This document shows, piece after piece, positions 62,488 to 64,000 of a stretch of DNA of 64,000 nucleotides (within the stretch, counting starts at the first letter, position 1; every line of letters begins with the position of its first letter). Origin of the DNA: Anthoceros angustus (taxonomy: Eukaryota; Plantae; Anthocerotophyta). The notes under the pieces were generated by a model. That model was not told the origin of the DNA, made no database searches, and saw only the letters and a list, made by a program, of their open reading frames with translations. A program made the translations under genes and the position numbers. The stretch spans positions 124,001 through 188,000 of the forward strand of contig VJWM01000202.1 of assembly GCA_010909165.1 (NCBI GenBank), written 5' to 3'.

Positions 62488-63948
62488 ATGGCCTCTTTGC
62501 AGAGGGCAAGGAGAGCTGCAATTTCTATTCACTCTACCCTGCAGTCATCAAGCGGCAGCACAGCTCTTGCGGGCGCAGTGCAGAAGCGGGGTTTGGCTGG
62601 GGCTCCAGTGGCACCCCCTCCCCCGCCCCCGCCCGAGAAGACTCACTTTGGAGGGCTTAAGGATGAAGACCGCATATTCACCAACTTGTATGGACAGCAT
62701 GATCCGTTTCTGAAGGGAGCTATTAAGCGGGGTGACTGGCATCGGACAAAGGACTTGGTTCTGAAAGGGTCGGATTGGATCGTGAATGAGATCAAGAAAT
62801 CAGGGCTTAGGGGTAGAGGCGGTGCAGGGTTTCCGTCAGGGATGAAGTGGTCGTTCATGCCGAAGGTGTCGGATGGCCGCCCCTCCTACCTTGTTGTCAA
62901 CGCCGACGAGAGTGAGCCGGGGACTTGCAAGGACCGTGAGATCATGAGACATGATCCCCACAAACTCATTGAGGGATGTTTGATTGCAGGCGTTGGGATG
63001 CGGGCTCGTGCAGGTTACATCTATATCCGGGGGGAGTATGTGAATGAGAGGCTCAACCTTGAGAAAGCACTCAAAGAAGCTTACAAGGCTGGGTATATCG
63101 GGAAAAATGCTTGTGGCTCTGGATACGATTTTGATTTGTATATTTCATTTGGTGCTGGTGCCTACATCTGTGGAGAAGAGACAGCTCTTATTGAGAGCTT
63201 GGAGGGGAAGCAAGGGAAGCCGAGATTGAAGCCTCCTTTCCCTGCTAACGTTGGGCTCTATGGCTGTCCGACAACGGTGACTAATGTAGAAACAGTAGCC
63301 GTTTCTCCTACCATCCTTCGGAGAGGACCAGAGTGGTTTGCTAGCTTTGGGAGGAAGAACAATGCAGGTACCAAGCTGTATTGCATATCGGGACATGTGA
63401 ACAAGCCTTGTACTGTGGAGGAAGAAATGAGTATCCCACTGCGAGAGCTTATTGAAGTGCATTGTGGGGGAGTTCGTGGAGGTTGGGACAATCTCCTGGC
63501 TATCATTCCAGGAGGCTCGTCTGTGCCTTTGCTTCCCAGAAGTATCTGTGATGATGTGCTGATGGATTTCGATGCGCTGAAAGCTGTGCAATCTGGGCTT
63601 GGAACTGCAGCAGTTATTGTTATGGACAAGTCAACGGATGTTGTGGATGCTATTGCACGTCTCTCATATTTTTATAAGCACGAGAGTTGTGGACAGTGCA
63701 CTCCTTGCAGAGAGGGAACTCCGTGGCTTTGGCAGCTAATGGAGAGGTTGAAGGTGGGGAATGCCAAGCTGGAAGAGATTGATATGCTCCACGAAGTCAC
63801 CAAGCAGATTGAGGGTCACACGATCTGTGCTTTGGGTGATGCAGCAGCCTGGCCCGTCCAGGGCTTAATTCGCCATTTCAGGCCGGAGCTTGAAAAGAGA
63901 ATATATGAGAGGGCGAAAAAGGAAAGCGAGCTAGCAGCGGCAGGCTAG
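62488..63948 (+). CDS. NDUFV1: Mitochondrial complex I 51-kDa flavoprotein subunit (NuoF/NDUFV1), intronless CDS
   Basis: Presequence; [17 protein letters not shown]; [13 protein letters not shown]; [19 protein letters not shown]; [12 protein letters not shown]; HTICALG. Confidence 0.98.
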   Translation: MASLQRARRAAISIHSTLQSSSGSTALAGAVQKRGLAGAPVAPPPPPPPEKTHFGGLKDEDRIFTNLYGQHDPFLKGAIKRGDWHRTKDLVLKGSDWIVNEIKKSGLRGRGGAGFPSGMKWSFMPKVSDGRPSYLVVNADESEPGTCKDREIMRHDPHKLIEGCLIAGVGMRARAGYIYIRGEYVNERLNLEKALKEAYKAGYIGKNACGSGYDFDLYISFGAGAYICGEETALIESLEGKQGKPRLKPPFPANVGLYGCPTTVTNVETVAVSPTILRRGPEWFASFGRKNNAGTKLYCISGHVNKPCTVEEEMSIPLRELIEVHCGGVRGGWDNLLAIIPGGSSVPLLPRSICDDVLMDFDALKAVQSGLGTAAVIVMDKSTDVVDAIARLSYFYKHESCGQCTPCREGTPWLWQLMERLKVGNAKLEEIDMLHEVTKQIEGHTICALGDAAAWPVQGLIRHFRPELEKRIYERAKKESELAAAG

Positions 63949-64000
63949 CTCTACTAGCACGCAGTGGAATTCCTAGTTCGTTACTCTTGGAAGACTTGAA

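Overview
Eukaryotic plant nuclear DNA: compact genes with ~80-110 nt GT-AG introns and a PLS-type PPR relic. This fits a non-seed land plant such as a hornwort (inference only). Bases 1-15.1 kb are a nest of LTR retrotransposons. A plus-strand Ty1/Copia element (element 1) is preceded by a foreign minus-strand LTR. Its 3' LTR is split by a related minus-strand Copia (element 2) that forms a three-LTR tandem dimer (LTR-internal-LTR-internal-LTR). That dimer has one ATCTG target-site duplication, non-canonical TG...TA ends, a middle LTR that looks recombinant, and the same RT/RNase H deletion in both units. Next come a PPR pseudogene, a three-copy ferric reductase (FRO) array at graded stages of decay, and a small orphan gene. 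Conserved genes follow: a chloroplast GST-N/thioredoxin-fold protein, PHOX/CLMP1, ataxin-2-like CID3/4, UBC13, NC2-beta/Dr1, an intronless GC-rich GT61, translin and an intronless complex I 51-kDa subunit. Interspersed are TE relics (CRE-type RLE retroposon, Tc1/mariner MITE), captured-looking gene fragments (LRR-RLK, GH31), several minisatellites and a frameshifted orphan ORF. No rRNA, tRNA or CRISPR array was found. Gene coordinates span start to stop codon including introns and were read by eye.
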